A DNA stretch of 64,000 bases from Myxococcales bacterium (GCA_020633335.1 JACKDU010000002.1:122730-186729); one strand, 5' to 3'; shown: positions 41,572 through 51,368, counted from the stretch's first letter. Notes: generated by a model not told the origin, from the letters alone. Numbers and translations are program-made.

Positions 41572-43665
41572 CTACTCCCCGCCGCCGGCCTCGGCCGCGG
41601 GCGCCGGGCTCAGGTTGAGGGGCTTGGCCCGACCGACCGAGGGATCGTCGGCGGCGAGGGCCGCGTAGGCGACCGGGTCGCTGGTCTCGAGCTTGCCCGG
41701 CGCCCCCTCGGCGCCGATCAGCTCGTGGATCCCGCGGCGCGATCCGTAGTAGTTGCCGCGATCGTGGTCCTCGTCGTTGATGCAGCGGCGGACCAGCGAG
41801 CGCGAGATCGGCGGGAGGTTGAGCATCTCGAGGGCCATCCCCCAGAGCGCGTCGATCATGTTCTGATCGGCGGGGAACTCGAGGAGCCCGGCGAGGGTGA
41901 TCAGGAGCCCGCCCCGCCGCCCGACCGGCGTGTCGAGGGGCTCGCGGCCGCCGAGGTAGCCGAGGTCGATCGCCCGCCAGTAGGCGTCGGCGGCCGCCAG
42001 CAGGCGCTTGAGCTCCTGGGCGGCGTGGCTGAGCCAGGCGTGGACCATCACCTCGGCGCCGATCCCCGCGCCGTTCTCCCCCTCGCTCAGGTAGCGGACC
42101 ACCGCCGGCAGGTGGCCGAGGTCGACCGCCGGGCCCTCGCCGATCGGCACGTCCTGGGGCGGCACCGCCTGGCTGAAGAAGCCGCCGGAGCGGAAGGCGT
42201 AGAAGAGCTCGGTCTGCCCCGGCAGCTCGTCCCAGAGCTCGGAGTACTGGGTCACCCGGTTGAGCGAGCCAGCGGCCCAGCCGAGGCCGCGGGCGGCCGC
42301 CCCGGAGATCTGCGAGGCGGCGGCCCCGGGGTCGCGCGGGAGCGCCGAGACCCGGAGGTCCTCGGCGATCTCGACCAGCCGGAGATCGAGGAAGCCGTCG
42401 TAGTAGTCGGCCTTGCCGTCGCGGTTGATGTCCTCGTAGCGGCGGGCGACCAGCGGGTGGCCGGGGCCGATGAACTGGACGAAGTCCTTGTTGCGGCTCT
42501 GCGAGTGGTACCACTGCGCCTTCTTGACCCGGGCGTCGATCGCCCCGAAGTCCTCGCCCTCGCTCATCCCCTTGAGGATCGCCACCAGGCAGTCGAGCCC
42601 CTCCGACGCCGTCAGCTCGCCGTCGCCGCCGGTGCGGAAGTAGGTCGAGTCCCACGACGAGTAGATGTCGGCCTCCGGGAACATCTGCGAGATCGCGAAG
42701 CGCGTGGTCAGGCCGGCGCACTGGGCGTTGAGCATCAGCTTGTAGCCCTTCTGGCGGACGTCGACGCAGGCCGCCTTCATGTCGGCCGAGCCGAGGTTGG
42801 CGTGGCGGTTGATCGCCACGCCGACGAAGAAGTCGTCGCCCATCTCGGCGTTCTCGTGCTGCGGGCTCGAGGGCCGGGCGAAGATCTGGATCACCTGCCC
42901 CTTGGGACCGGTGAAGGGGGCCTCGAGGACGACGTAGCCGGTCGAGAAGACCCCGGGCGGCGTCGGCGTCCCCTCCGGGGCCTCGACCTCGGTGAACTTG
43001 TGGGTCTTCTTGAGGACCTCGAGGCCGCCGCGGTGGAACTCGTAGCCGGAGTTGAGGGCGACCCGCCACGGGCGATCGAGCTCCTCGTAGGGCGGCGAGG
43101 CCCGCCGCAGGCCGCCGAGGAGCGCCTTCACCCGCGCCCGCTCGGCCTCGGTGAGCGCCGGCCCGCGCTGCGAGAGGAGCTGGACCGCGTGCGCCCGGAT
43201 CTCCGGCCGCGCGCCCGCGCCGACCTCGGCGTCGATGAGCGCGAAGATCATCGCCGCCGCCCGATCGGCCGGATCGCGGAAGCCCGGATCCTTGGCCGCG
43301 GTGGCGATCACGTGGGCGAGGACGGTGAGGGTCGCCGAGCGGAGCTGGGCCGCGTCGTCCGCGTCCCCCTCGCCGCCGACCGCGGCCGCCGCGAGGATCG
43401 CCGCGAGCTGATCGAGGAGGCCGCCGGCCTGCTCGGCCGTCAGCCGCTCCTCGCGGAGCGGCGCGTCGGGGTGGAAGGCGGAGGGCGGGAAGAGGCGCTC
43501 GAACGACGAGGTGCGGCGGGCCGAGACCCAGCGGGCCGCGGTCACCATCACCTCGAGTGCGTCCTGGCCCCGCGGGGCCGGGCCCTCCTCGCTCGCCGCC
43601 AGGGTGCCGTCGGCGAGGAGGTAGAGGGGGCGCGCGCCGTAGATCGTCGCCGTCAGGTGGATCAC
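41572..43665 (-). CDS. large conserved hypothetical protein (about 697 aa)
   Basis: It is the real C-terminal 700 aa of track ORF 41572..45345. A GTG start overlaps the upstream stop (GTGA). There is a possible Cys-His-Asp arrangement (NAQCAGLTTRFA ... YHSQSRNKDF), which is highly speculative. Confidence 0.45.
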   Translation of the reverse strand: MIHLTATIYGARPLYLLADGTLAASEEGPAPRGQDALEVMVTAARWVSARRTSSFERLFPPSAFHPDAPLREERLTAEQAGGLLDQLAAILAAAAVGGEGDADDAAQLRSATLTVLAHVIATAAKDPGFRDPADRAAAMIFALIDAEVGAGARPEIRAHAVQLLSQRGPALTEAERARVKALLGGLRRASPPYEELDRPWRVALNSGYEFHRGGLEVLKKTHKFTEVEAPEGTPTPPGVFSTGYVVLEAPFTGPKGQVIQIFARPSSPQHENAEMGDDFFVGVAINRHANLGSADMKAACVDVRQKGYKLMLNAQCAGLTTRFAISQMFPEADIYSSWDSTYFRTGGDGELTASEGLDCLVAILKGMSEGEDFGAIDARVKKAQWYHSQSRNKDFVQFIGPGHPLVARRYEDINRDGKADYYDGFLDLRLVEIAEDLRVSALPRDPGAAASQISGAAARGLGWAAGSLNRVTQYSELWDELPGQTELFYAFRSGGFFSQAVPPQDVPIGEGPAVDLGHLPAVVRYLSEGENGAGIGAEVMVHAWLSHAAQELKRLLAAADAYWRAIDLGYLGGREPLDTPVGRRGGLLITLAGLLEFPADQNMIDALWGMALEMLNLPPISRSLVRRCINDEDHDRGNYYGSRRGIHELIGAEGAPGKLETSDPVAYAALAADDPSVGRAKPLNLSPAPAAEAGGGE

Positions 43666-44042
43666 CCCGCGTGGGTCGGCACCTCGGCGGCCTCGGCCGC
43701 CTCGGCCGCCTCGAAGCTGGTCGGCTCGGGGGCGGCCTCGGGGGCGAAGAAGCGGCCGGCGATCGCCTCGAGCTGGCGGCGGTAGGTGCCGCGGCGGCCG
43801 ATGAAGCGGATCGTCACCCGCTTGCCGACGCGATCGCGGATCACCTCGGCCGCCTCGGCGCTCGGCTCGGGGTCGAGGCGGACGTGGTACTTGCGGTCGC
43901 CCGCGAGGAGGAGGTGGGCGCCCTCGGCCGCGAAGGATCCCCCGAAGCTCGCGCCCGCGTCCTCGCCGCTGGCGACCAGGACGCCCGGGAGGATGTGAGA
44001 ACCGGCGGAATTGCGGACGCGGACGGTGACTTGCATGCTCAT
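43662..44042 (-). CDS. small hypothetical protein, translationally coupled to the downstream large gene
   Basis: MSMQVTVRVRNSAGSHILPGVLVASGED...; stop/start overlap with the next gene. Confidence 0.4.
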   Translation of the reverse strand: MSMQVTVRVRNSAGSHILPGVLVASGEDAGASFGGSFAAEGAHLLLAGDRKYHVRLDPEPSAEAAEVIRDRVGKRVTIRFIGRRGTYRRQLEAIAGRFFAPEAAPEPTSFEAAEAAEAAEVPTHAG

Positions 44043-44247
44043 CGGGACTCTCCTTCGACGCTCGGCGGCCGGGCGCCAGACCCGGGCAAAGCCGCCGCCC
44101 AGGCCCCTCACGCGCCGCCGGGGGCGACGCTACCACAGACGCGGAGGCCGGGCCGCGGCCGCCTCCGCGCTGAGCATGCGCGGCCGCGATCGCCCGCCTC
44201 CGCGCGCGCGCTGATGTACCCTTGGGCGCGACGGAGCGAGGTGAACC

Positions 44248-45303
44248 ATGACGACGATGCGCTACCGGATGCTCGGTGAGAGCGGCCTTAGGATCTCCGA
44301 GCTCTGCCTCGGGACCATGACCTTCGGCGAGACCTGGGGCTTCGGCGCCGACAAGGCCGAGTGCCGGCGGATCTACGACGCCTACCGCGGACGCGGCGGC
44401 AACTTCATCGACACCGCCAACAAGTACACCGAGGGGACCTCCGAGGCCTTCGTCGGCGAATTCATCGCCGGCGAGCGCGGCCGGGTGGTCCTCGCCACCA
44501 AGTACACCCTGGCGACCGCGCAGGGCGATCCCAACGCCTGCGGCAACCACCGCAAGAACATGGTTCAGTCGGTGGAGGCGAGCCTGCGGCGCCTCGGCTG
44601 CGACTACATCGACCTCTACTGGGTGCACGCCTGGGACGGGATCACGCCGCTCGACGAGGTCATGCGCGCGCTCGATGATCTGGTCCGCGCCGGCAAGATC
44701 CTCTACGTCGGGATCTCCGACGCGCCCGCCTGGGTGGTCGCCCGCGCCAACACCCTCGCCGAGCTGCGCGGCTGGTCGCGCTTCGTCGGCCTCCAGATCG
44801 AGTACAGCCTGATCGAGCGGACGGTCGAGCGCGAGCTGGTGCCGATGAGCGAGGCGCTCGGCCTCGGGATCACCGCCTGGGCGCCGCTCGCCGGCGGCGT
44901 CCTCACCGGCAAGTACCACGGCGTCAGCGACCCGAAGAGCGCCGACACGACCCGCGGCGCGAGCAACGATCGCCGCCTCAGCCAGCGGAGCCGGGCGATC
45001 GCCGCCGAGGTCGTGGCGATCGCCGCCGAGCTCGGGGTCGCGCCGGCCTCCGTGGCGATCAACTGGGTCCGCCAGCGCCCCTGCCGGCCGACGCCGATCC
45101 TCGGCGCCCGCACCGAGGCCCAGATCCGCCAGAACCTCGCGGCCCTCGACTTCGCGCTCTGCGAGGAGCACCTCGCCCGCCTCGACGCGGCGTCGGCGAT
45201 CTCGCTCGGCTTCCCCCACGACTTCCTGGGGTCGGAGTGGGTCCGCGCGGTGATCCACGGCGACACCGTCGATCGCCTCGACGCGCCGACGCGGCGGCGC
45301 TGA
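44248..45303 (+). CDS. aldo/keto reductase
   Basis: LGTMTFG, FIDTANKY, YIDLYWVHAWD, ILYVGISDAPAW. Confidence 0.85.
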   Translation: MTTMRYRMLGESGLRISELCLGTMTFGETWGFGADKAECRRIYDAYRGRGGNFIDTANKYTEGTSEAFVGEFIAGERGRVVLATKYTLATAQGDPNACGNHRKNMVQSVEASLRRLGCDYIDLYWVHAWDGITPLDEVMRALDDLVRAGKILYVGISDAPAWVVARANTLAELRGWSRFVGLQIEYSLIERTVERELVPMSEALGLGITAWAPLAGGVLTGKYHGVSDPKSADTTRGASNDRRLSQRSRAIAAEVVAIAAELGVAPASVAINWVRQRPCRPTPILGARTEAQIRQNLAALDFALCEEHLARLDAASAISLGFPHDFLGSEWVRAVIHGDTVDRLDAPTRRR

Positions 45304-45334
45304 CTGGCGTCCGCGGGCCTCGTCCAACAATGCC

Positions 45335-45368
45335 CCGATGGCCATGTCTTCACGGACATGGCCATCGG
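45335..45368. repeat. REP-like palindrome CCGATGGCCATGTC-TTCACG-GACATGGCCATCGG (perfect 14-bp arms)
   Basis: Read directly; between convergent gene ends 45303 and 45377. Confidence 0.8.
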
Positions 45369-45376
45369 TACATCGG

Positions 45377-46186
45377 TCAGGGCGAGCAGCGCGGGATCGC
45401 GTCCGGGTTCTTGAGATCGCAGGCGTCCTCGACGCAGGGGCACTCGCTCCCGCAGAGGCCCCGCTGATCGGCGACGCTGAGCTGGGTGAGGCAGTCGGCG
45501 AAGGTCGGGTTGTTGACGTCCGCGGTCCCGGCGAAGAGCTCGCAGCTCGCCGCCGTCGGATCCTGCGGGGTCGAGACCGAGCTCCCCCAGGTCGTCAGCC
45601 CGGCGAGGATGTCGGCCCCGGTGAACGCCCGCCAGCGGCCGGTGACGGGATCGACGACGCAGTCCTTGGGGCCGAGCGGCCGGGTCTGACAGCAGGTCAT
45701 GCCGCCGCACACCGACGCGATCTCAGAGGGGCTCCAGCGCGGGTTGCAGGGGACCGCGCACTGGTTCAGGAGCGGGTCGGACACCCCCTCGGGATCGACG
45801 CAGACGCCGCTGTAGCTGAGGACGTTGTTGCTCTCCGAGAAGATCGGCACGCCGTGGGTCGCGTCGGTGGGGGCAGCGCGGTAGGCGGGGAGGAGCCCCG
45901 CCTGGGCGGCCGGATCGTCCGAGCAACAGAGGAGCCCGGCGCCGCACTCCGACGCGCCGCCGCCGAGCTCGGCGACCGGGGCGCAGCGCTCACCCGCGCC
46001 GGGCCCCCCGCCGCCGGTCGACGAGGCCGAGTCCGTGGCCGTCGACGCGTCGCTCCCGCTCGCGCCCGTCGTCCCGGTCTCGCTCGCGGTCGCCGACCCG
46101 CCCTTGGGATCGCCGCAGGCGAGCGCGAGCCCCAGCCAGAGCCCGAAGAGAGCGACAATTCCGCGCGTCACGAGAGCCTCCCTCAA
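45377..46186 (-). CDS. Cys-rich lipoprotein
   Basis: Lipobox LALACG, Ser/Thr/Gly linker, numerous paired cysteines. Confidence 0.55.
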   Translation of the reverse strand: MREALVTRGIVALFGLWLGLALACGDPKGGSATASETGTTGASGSDASTATDSASSTGGGGPGAGERCAPVAELGGGASECGAGLLCCSDDPAAQAGLLPAYRAAPTDATHGVPIFSESNNVLSYSGVCVDPEGVSDPLLNQCAVPCNPRWSPSEIASVCGGMTCCQTRPLGPKDCVVDPVTGRWRAFTGADILAGLTTWGSSVSTPQDPTAASCELFAGTADVNNPTFADCLTQLSVADQRGLCGSECPCVEDACDLKNPDAIPRCSP

Positions 46187-46236
46187 AGGGCCACCACGCT
46201 AGCGCGGGCCGTCGACCGGCACCACCGCAAGTTCCG

Positions 46237-47133
46237 TCACTCCGCGCCCGATCGCCCCGCGCCGGCGGCGATCCCCGCGAGGTAGGCGTCGTAGCGCGCG
46301 CTCAGGCGCCGGGTGATCGGCCCGACCCCGCCGTCGCCCACCGGCGCGCCGTCGAGCGTCGTCACCGCGATCGGCCCGCGCACCGACGAGGTCAGGAAGA
46401 CCTCGTCCGCCGCCCGCAGCTCGTCCGGCATGATCGTCGCCTCGGCGCTCGGGATCCCGAGCTCGGCCGCCAGCTCGAGGACGACCGCGCGGGTGATCCC
46501 GGAGAGGAGCCCGGTCTTCAGCGAGGGGGTGAGGAGGCGCCCCTCCTTGACCATGAAGACGTTGGAGGTCGCGCCCTCGGCGACCGCGCCGTCGATGCTC
46601 AGCATGATCGCGTCCTCGGCCGCGCCCTCGGTCGCCTGCCGCAGCGCCTGGATCGAGTTGAGGTAGTTGCCGGTCTTCAGGGTCGGATCGAGCGAGCGCC
46701 GCGAGATCTTGCGGACGTCGACGATCCGGACCGCGAGGCCGCGGGCGTAGACCTCCGGCGGCGGCACGTGGATCTCCTTGGCGATCACCACCAGGAGCGG
46801 CGCGCCGGCGTGCCGCGGATCGAGGACGAGCTCGCCGATCCCGCGGGTGACGACGATCCGGACGTAGGAGTCGGCGTTGCCGGTCGCGTCGCAGGTCGCC
46901 CGGGTCGCCGCCGTGATCTCCGGATCGCTGAAGGGGATCTCGAGGCCGATCCCGTCGGCGCTCCGCCGCAGCCGATCGAGGTGGCGCCCCATCTCGACGA
47001 AGCGCCCGCCGATCGTCCGCAGGGTCTCGTAGACGCTGTCGCCGTAGAGGAACCCGCGGTCGAAGACCGAGATCGTCGCCTCCCCCGGATCGAGGGGTCG
47101 GCCTGCCGTCGACAAATAGACCTTGATCGCCAT
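46237..47133 (-). CDS. class IV PLP aminotransferase (BCAT / D-AAT / ADC-lyase family)
   Basis: VFDRGFLYGDSVYET, TGNYLNS, EVFLTSSVRG. Confidence 0.75.
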   Translation of the reverse strand: MAIKVYLSTAGRPLDPGEATISVFDRGFLYGDSVYETLRTIGGRFVEMGRHLDRLRRSADGIGLEIPFSDPEITAATRATCDATGNADSYVRIVVTRGIGELVLDPRHAGAPLLVVIAKEIHVPPPEVYARGLAVRIVDVRKISRRSLDPTLKTGNYLNSIQALRQATEGAAEDAIMLSIDGAVAEGATSNVFMVKEGRLLTPSLKTGLLSGITRAVVLELAAELGIPSAEATIMPDELRAADEVFLTSSVRGPIAVTTLDGAPVGDGGVGPITRRLSARYDAYLAGIAAGAGRSGAE

Positions 47134-47164
47134 CGCGCCTCCGCTCCGCCGCCGCCGCGGCCTC

Positions 47165-47965
47165 CTACGCCCCCCCCGCCAGGCGATCGCCGCCGAGGCG
47201 GAGGCGCCAGCAGAGCCCGAGGGCCTCGACCATGATCCCGAGGGACATCTTCGACGCGCCGCGCTGACGGTCGGGGAAGGCGATCGGCACCTCGCGGACC
47301 CGAAAGCCCCGCCGCAGGCAGCGGTACTTCATCTCGATCTGGAAGCCGTAGCCGCTCGCCTCGACCCCGCGGAGATCGAGCGCCTCGAGGACGCCGCGGC
47401 GGTAGCAGACGAAGCCGGCCGTGAGGTCGCGGATCGTCACGCCGAGGACCGTCCGCGCGTAGACCCCGCCCGCCCGCGAGAGGAGGCGGCGCCGCAGCGT
47501 CCAGCCCTCGGTCGACCCGCCGGCGACGTAGCGCGAGCCGATCACCACGTCGGCGTCGGCGCTGGCCGCCAGGAGATCGCCGAGGAAGGAGGGATCGTGC
47601 GAGAAGTCGGCGTCCATCTGGATCAGGTGGGTGTAGTCGGCCCCGTCCTCCAGCCCCCAACGAAAGCCGTCGAGGTAGGCCCGGCCGAGCCCCTCCTTGC
47701 CCGCCCGGTGGAGCACCTTGATCCGCGGATCGGCGGCCGCCAGGCGATCCGCGAGCTCTCCGGTGCCGTCCGGGCTCGCGTCGTCGATCACCAGGACGTC
47801 GAGATCGGGCTGGGCCGCGTGGATCGCCCGGGTGATCGCCGCGAGGTTCTCCCGCTCGTTGTAGGTCGGCACCAGGACCAGACCGCGGATCGATTGAGGG
47901 GTGATGGACACAGCCTGTGCCGATCTATGGACCCGCGCGCAGGGAGCACGCAAGGGGGGCCGCAA
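47165..47965 (-). CDS. GT2 glycosyltransferase, polyprenyl-phosphate mannose/glucose synthase-like
   Basis: LVLVPTYNEREN, VLVIDDASPDGT, QMDADFSHDP. The start may be an internal GTG near 47911. Confidence 0.75.
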   Translation of the reverse strand: MRPPLRAPCARVHRSAQAVSITPQSIRGLVLVPTYNERENLAAITRAIHAAQPDLDVLVIDDASPDGTGELADRLAAADPRIKVLHRAGKEGLGRAYLDGFRWGLEDGADYTHLIQMDADFSHDPSFLGDLLAASADADVVIGSRYVAGGSTEGWTLRRRLLSRAGGVYARTVLGVTIRDLTAGFVCYRRGVLEALDLRGVEASGYGFQIEMKYRCLRRGFRVREVPIAFPDRQRGASKMSLGIMVEALGLCWRLRLGGDRLAGGA

Positions 47966-48062
47966 GTGGGGGTCGCTTGCGAGCGCTCGACGGCCCTTGA
48001 TACCATCCCGCGCACCCTCTCGGCGCTCGCTACGACGCGCGAAGGGGCCGCTGGAAGACCCC

Positions 48063-48683
48063 GTGCGACGGATCCGCTGCCACTACGCCTCCGGTGAAGC
48101 CTTCGTCGACGCTCTCCAGAGCCCCGGCGAGGACAACGCGATCCAGGTCTTCACCACCGAGCGCTTCGAGCCCGGCGAGGAGGTCCTGGCCGAGGTCTTC
48201 TTCTCCGGCCTCCCCGGCAAGATGATCGTCCGGGCGATCGGCAAGAAGTGGCAGAACGCCCGCCCCCGCCTCCGCGTCCGCGCCGGCGGCGTCCTCCGCT
48301 GCATCGGCTCGGAGTGGCGCAAGCTCCTCTTCCTCCGCGACGTCGCCCTCGGCTGCACCGAGATGATGCCCCGCCGCCGCCACGTCCGGCAGCCGGTGCT
48401 CGTCGAGATCCGCTGGCGGCGGGCCGGCGATCCCGAGCTCGCGCCGGCGACGATCTCCGAGATCTCTGAGGCCGGCGCGCTCCTCCTGACCCGCGATCCC
48501 CTGGCGCTCGGCGACGAGATCATCATCGAGATCACGCCCCCCGGCAGCGCCCGCCCGCTCGAGCTCCAGGCGGTGATCCGCAACCACGACAACCCCGAGG
48601 GCTGCGGGGTCGAGTTCGTCGCCCGCGACATGGGCGGGGTCCACCGGATCCGCGAGGTGATCCGGCGGATCGTCGACGAGTAG
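48063..48683 (+). CDS. PilZ-domain protein (two PilZ-like halves)
   Basis: RxxxR ... D-x-S-x-x-G-like elements (RRRHVRQPV ... EISEAGALL); GTG start inside track ORF 47901..48683. Confidence 0.45.
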   Translation: MRRIRCHYASGEAFVDALQSPGEDNAIQVFTTERFEPGEEVLAEVFFSGLPGKMIVRAIGKKWQNARPRLRVRAGGVLRCIGSEWRKLLFLRDVALGCTEMMPRRRHVRQPVLVEIRWRRAGDPELAPATISEISEAGALLLTRDPLALGDEIIIEITPPGSARPLELQAVIRNHDNPEGCGVEFVARDMGGVHRIREVIRRIVDE

Positions 48684-48690
48684 GGGCGCG

Positions 48691-50290
48691 GTGCGGGGAG
48701 CGTCGCGCCTCTCGTTCGCGTCCCTCGCGCTCGCCGGCGTCGCTGTCCTCGCCTGCGCGGGGGCCTGCGGCGGCGCCGCGGAGGCGCCCGCCCCTGCCCC
48801 CCCCCCCGGCGACCGCGACCGCGAGCCCGAACGCGGCCGCCGACGCGCCCGCCCGCGAGGCCGGCCCGCGCGGCTGCGAGGCCGCCCCGCCCGCGCTCCG
48901 CCACCTCCTCTGCGGCGAGCGCTCCGGCGACGACGCGCTCGCCCGCCTCCTCGCCGCCGACGCGCCAGCGGCCGCCGCCGCCCTCGCGCCCGAGCTCGCG
49001 GCGGCCCCCGACCTCCAGGGGATCGCCCGCCTGGTGGCCCTCGATCGCGCGGCCCAGACCGCCTCAGAGCCCGCCGATCCGGTCGCCGCCGTGGTCTCGC
49101 CGATCGACGAGGGGGTCCTCGCCCAGGTCGCGCTCGCCCTCGATCGCCGCCACCGCGGCGACGTCCCCTACCCCGATCGAGTCCGGGCCAACGCCCTCCT
49201 CGCCCGGATCCACAACGAGGCGCTCCTCCAGCTCGGGCCCGCCGCCGGCGCCCCGGCGCCGCCGCTGGTCCGGGTCCTCGCCGGCCGCTTCCTCCACTTC
49301 GGCCGCGCCTTCGTCGGCGCCCAGCGGCGCCGCAGCGTCGCCGGCCTCGATCCGCTGGCCGCCGATCTCGAGCGCCGCCTCCTCGCGGTGATGGAGGTGA
49401 TCGAGGCGACCCCCTACGCGGCCGACGACGCGCTCCTCTTCCACGAGCGCGCCCAGGTCCGCCGCCACCTCCTCGGCGCCGGCGCCCGCAAGCGCCTCCG
49501 CGAGGCCGGCGGCCGCGACCCCGCCGAGGTCCTGCCGCCCTGGAGCGACGAGATGGTCCGGCTCATCGACGCCGGCTTCGTCGATCAGGCGATCGACCTC
49601 GGCGCGGGCGGGGTCCGCGAGGCCGGGGTCGCGCCGATCGAGGAGGCGCTCCTCGCCGCCTTCGCCGCGGCCCAGCGCGACGACGGGCGCCGCCGCAGCG
49701 TCGAGCGCATGGGCGCGCTGCGGGAGCAGGAGCCGACGCCGCCGATCGTCGGCGAGTCGCCGGTGCCGACGCCTCGCGGCCGGCCCTGGCCGCCGGCCCC
49801 GACGATCGCCGAGCGCCTCGAGGCCTCGCTCACCGGCGACGGGCCCCGGCCCGCGGCGGTCGCGGCCGCGATCCTCACCCTCCGCGAGCGCCCCGACGCC
49901 GCCCTCGCGCTGATCCGCCGGATCCTCCCCGACGACCCCGCGTCGACCGAGAGCGGGCGCTCGCTGCTGATCCGCGAGCTCCCCTGGCTCCTCGCCGAGG
50001 TCGAGGCCCGCGACCTGGTCACCCGCGCGCGCCTGCGGGCCTCGGTCGCCGCCGCCCGCCTCCGGCCGCCGCAGGAGCCGGCCGCGCGCGAGCGGGCGCT
50101 GCGGCGGCGCTTCGCCCTCGCGGCCGAGGAGGCCCGCGGCCAGAGCGACGCGATCGCCACCGAGCAGCTCCTCGCCAACCGCCCGCGCTCGCTGGCGGCC
50201 GAGCTCGAGGGGCCGATCGCCGCGGACGAGGCCGGCGAGAGCGAGGCCGGCGAGGGTTCGGCGCCGACGGACGAGGGCGCCGAGCCCTGA
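48691..50290 (+). CDS. secreted lipoprotein, hypothetical; frame broken inside an 11-C homopolymer (48797-48807)
   Basis: Signal/lipobox LACAGACGG in ORF 48691. The body sits in the +1 frame (ATATASPNAAADAP... continuing into ORF 49034..50290). Confidence 0.5.
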
Positions 50291-50299
50291 TCTCTGGCT

Positions 50300-50390
50300 A
50301 TCCTTTCGGACATGAGCCATGGAGCATGTCTATAGGGACAGAAAAATCGACCCGCCGCCGGCCTCAAGAACATGTCCAAAGGGACATGAC
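50300..50390. repeat. BIME-like cluster of palindromes (GACATGAGCCATGGAGCATGTC; TGTC-TATAGG-GACA; CATGTCC-AAAG-GGACATG)
   Basis: Read directly between convergent gene ends 50290 and 50412. Shares TTCGGACATGA with the copy at 59540. Confidence 0.7.
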
Positions 50391-50411
50391 ACGGAGATCG
50401 CCGACCCGCCC

Positions 50412-50777
50412 TCACTCGTCGATCGCCGGCGCCTGATCGCAGCGCGTGCGACCGCCGGGTCGGATCCGCACCTCCCCCGCGCGGACCTCCACCCGGGTGA
50501 CCCGCCCCCGCGGCGCCCGGATCCAGCGGGCCGCCTGGGCGCCGCTGCGGCCGTCGGCGACCGCGATCCGGACCTGCCCGCCGCGCGCCCGCGGGGCGTC
50601 GACGCACTCCCCCGGGACCAGCGCCGCGCCGCCGACCGTGAAGCGGAGCGGCCGATCGGGATCGGCGTCGACGCAGACCCGCGGCGGCCCGGCGCTCGCG
50701 CAGGTCCGCAGGCCGGTCCGCTGCCACCCCTGGCTCGGGGCGCAGCCGACGAGCGCGATCACGGCCGCCAGCGCCAC
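50412..50777 (-). CDS. small Cys-containing lipoprotein (start uncertain)
   Basis: The C-terminal half of ORF 50412..51068 is protein-like with lipobox LVGCAP. GTG chosen at 50777. Confidence 0.3.
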   Translation of the reverse strand: MALAAVIALVGCAPSQGWQRTGLRTCASAGPPRVCVDADPDRPLRFTVGGAALVPGECVDAPRARGGQVRIAVADGRSGAQAARWIRAPRGRVTRVEVRAGEVRIRPGGRTRCDQAPAIDE

Positions 50778-50843
50778 ACCGAGGACCCAGGCGGGCCGAC
50801 CGCCTGAGCCCCGCGCGCCCGCGCTCGTCGCCGACGCGGGCCT

Positions 50844-51368
50844 GTGGCATCCTCGCCCGACGTGGTCCGCCGGCGCCGCAAGAACATCGCAGGGAAGCCG
50901 CGCCGGATCGACGACGCGATCTGGGCGCTGGTCCGCTCGCACGTCCCCGGCGACTCGGTCCAGCTCCTCCGCCTCCGCTCCGTCTGGCCGAAGATCGCCG
51001 GGGAGGCGCTGGCCCGCCGCGCCTGGCCGGACGCGGTCTCGGGGGACGAGGCGATCATCGCGGTCCACGACAACCAGTGGCTACACGAGCTGACGTACAT
51101 GCGCCAGGCCCTGCTCCGGCGGATCGTCGACCTCGCGCCGAACGCGGGGATCACCCGGGTCCGCCTCCGCCTCGCCCAGGGCGAGCCGCCGCCCCCTCCG
51201 CCGGTCGATCCGCCGATCCGGATGCCCCCGCGCGCGCCGCCGCTCCCGGTCGAGCCCGATCCGGAGACCGTCGAGGCGATCCACGCGGTCGCCGACGACG
51301 AGCTCCGGGCGGCGATCGCCGCCGCCCGTCAGAGCCTCTCGCTGCCCCCCGCCCGCTACCCGGAGTGA
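50844..51368 (+). CDS. DUF721 (DciA-like) protein
   Basis: GDEAIIAVHDNQWLHELTYMRQALLRRI resembles the DUF721 core; Pro-rich C-terminal tail. Confidence 0.45.
   Translation: MASSPDVVRRRRKNIAGKPRRIDDAIWALVRSHVPGDSVQLLRLRSVWPKIAGEALARRAWPDAVSGDEAIIAVHDNQWLHELTYMRQALLRRIVDLAPNAGITRVRLRLAQGEPPPPPPVDPPIRMPPRAPPLPVEPDPETVEAIHAVADDELRAAIAAARQSLSLPPARYPE

Noticed and set aside
48797-48807. Poly-C tract as part of a CRISPR or other repeat array
   Set aside because: It is a single homopolymer, not spaced direct repeats. No CRISPR-like array is present anywhere in the window.
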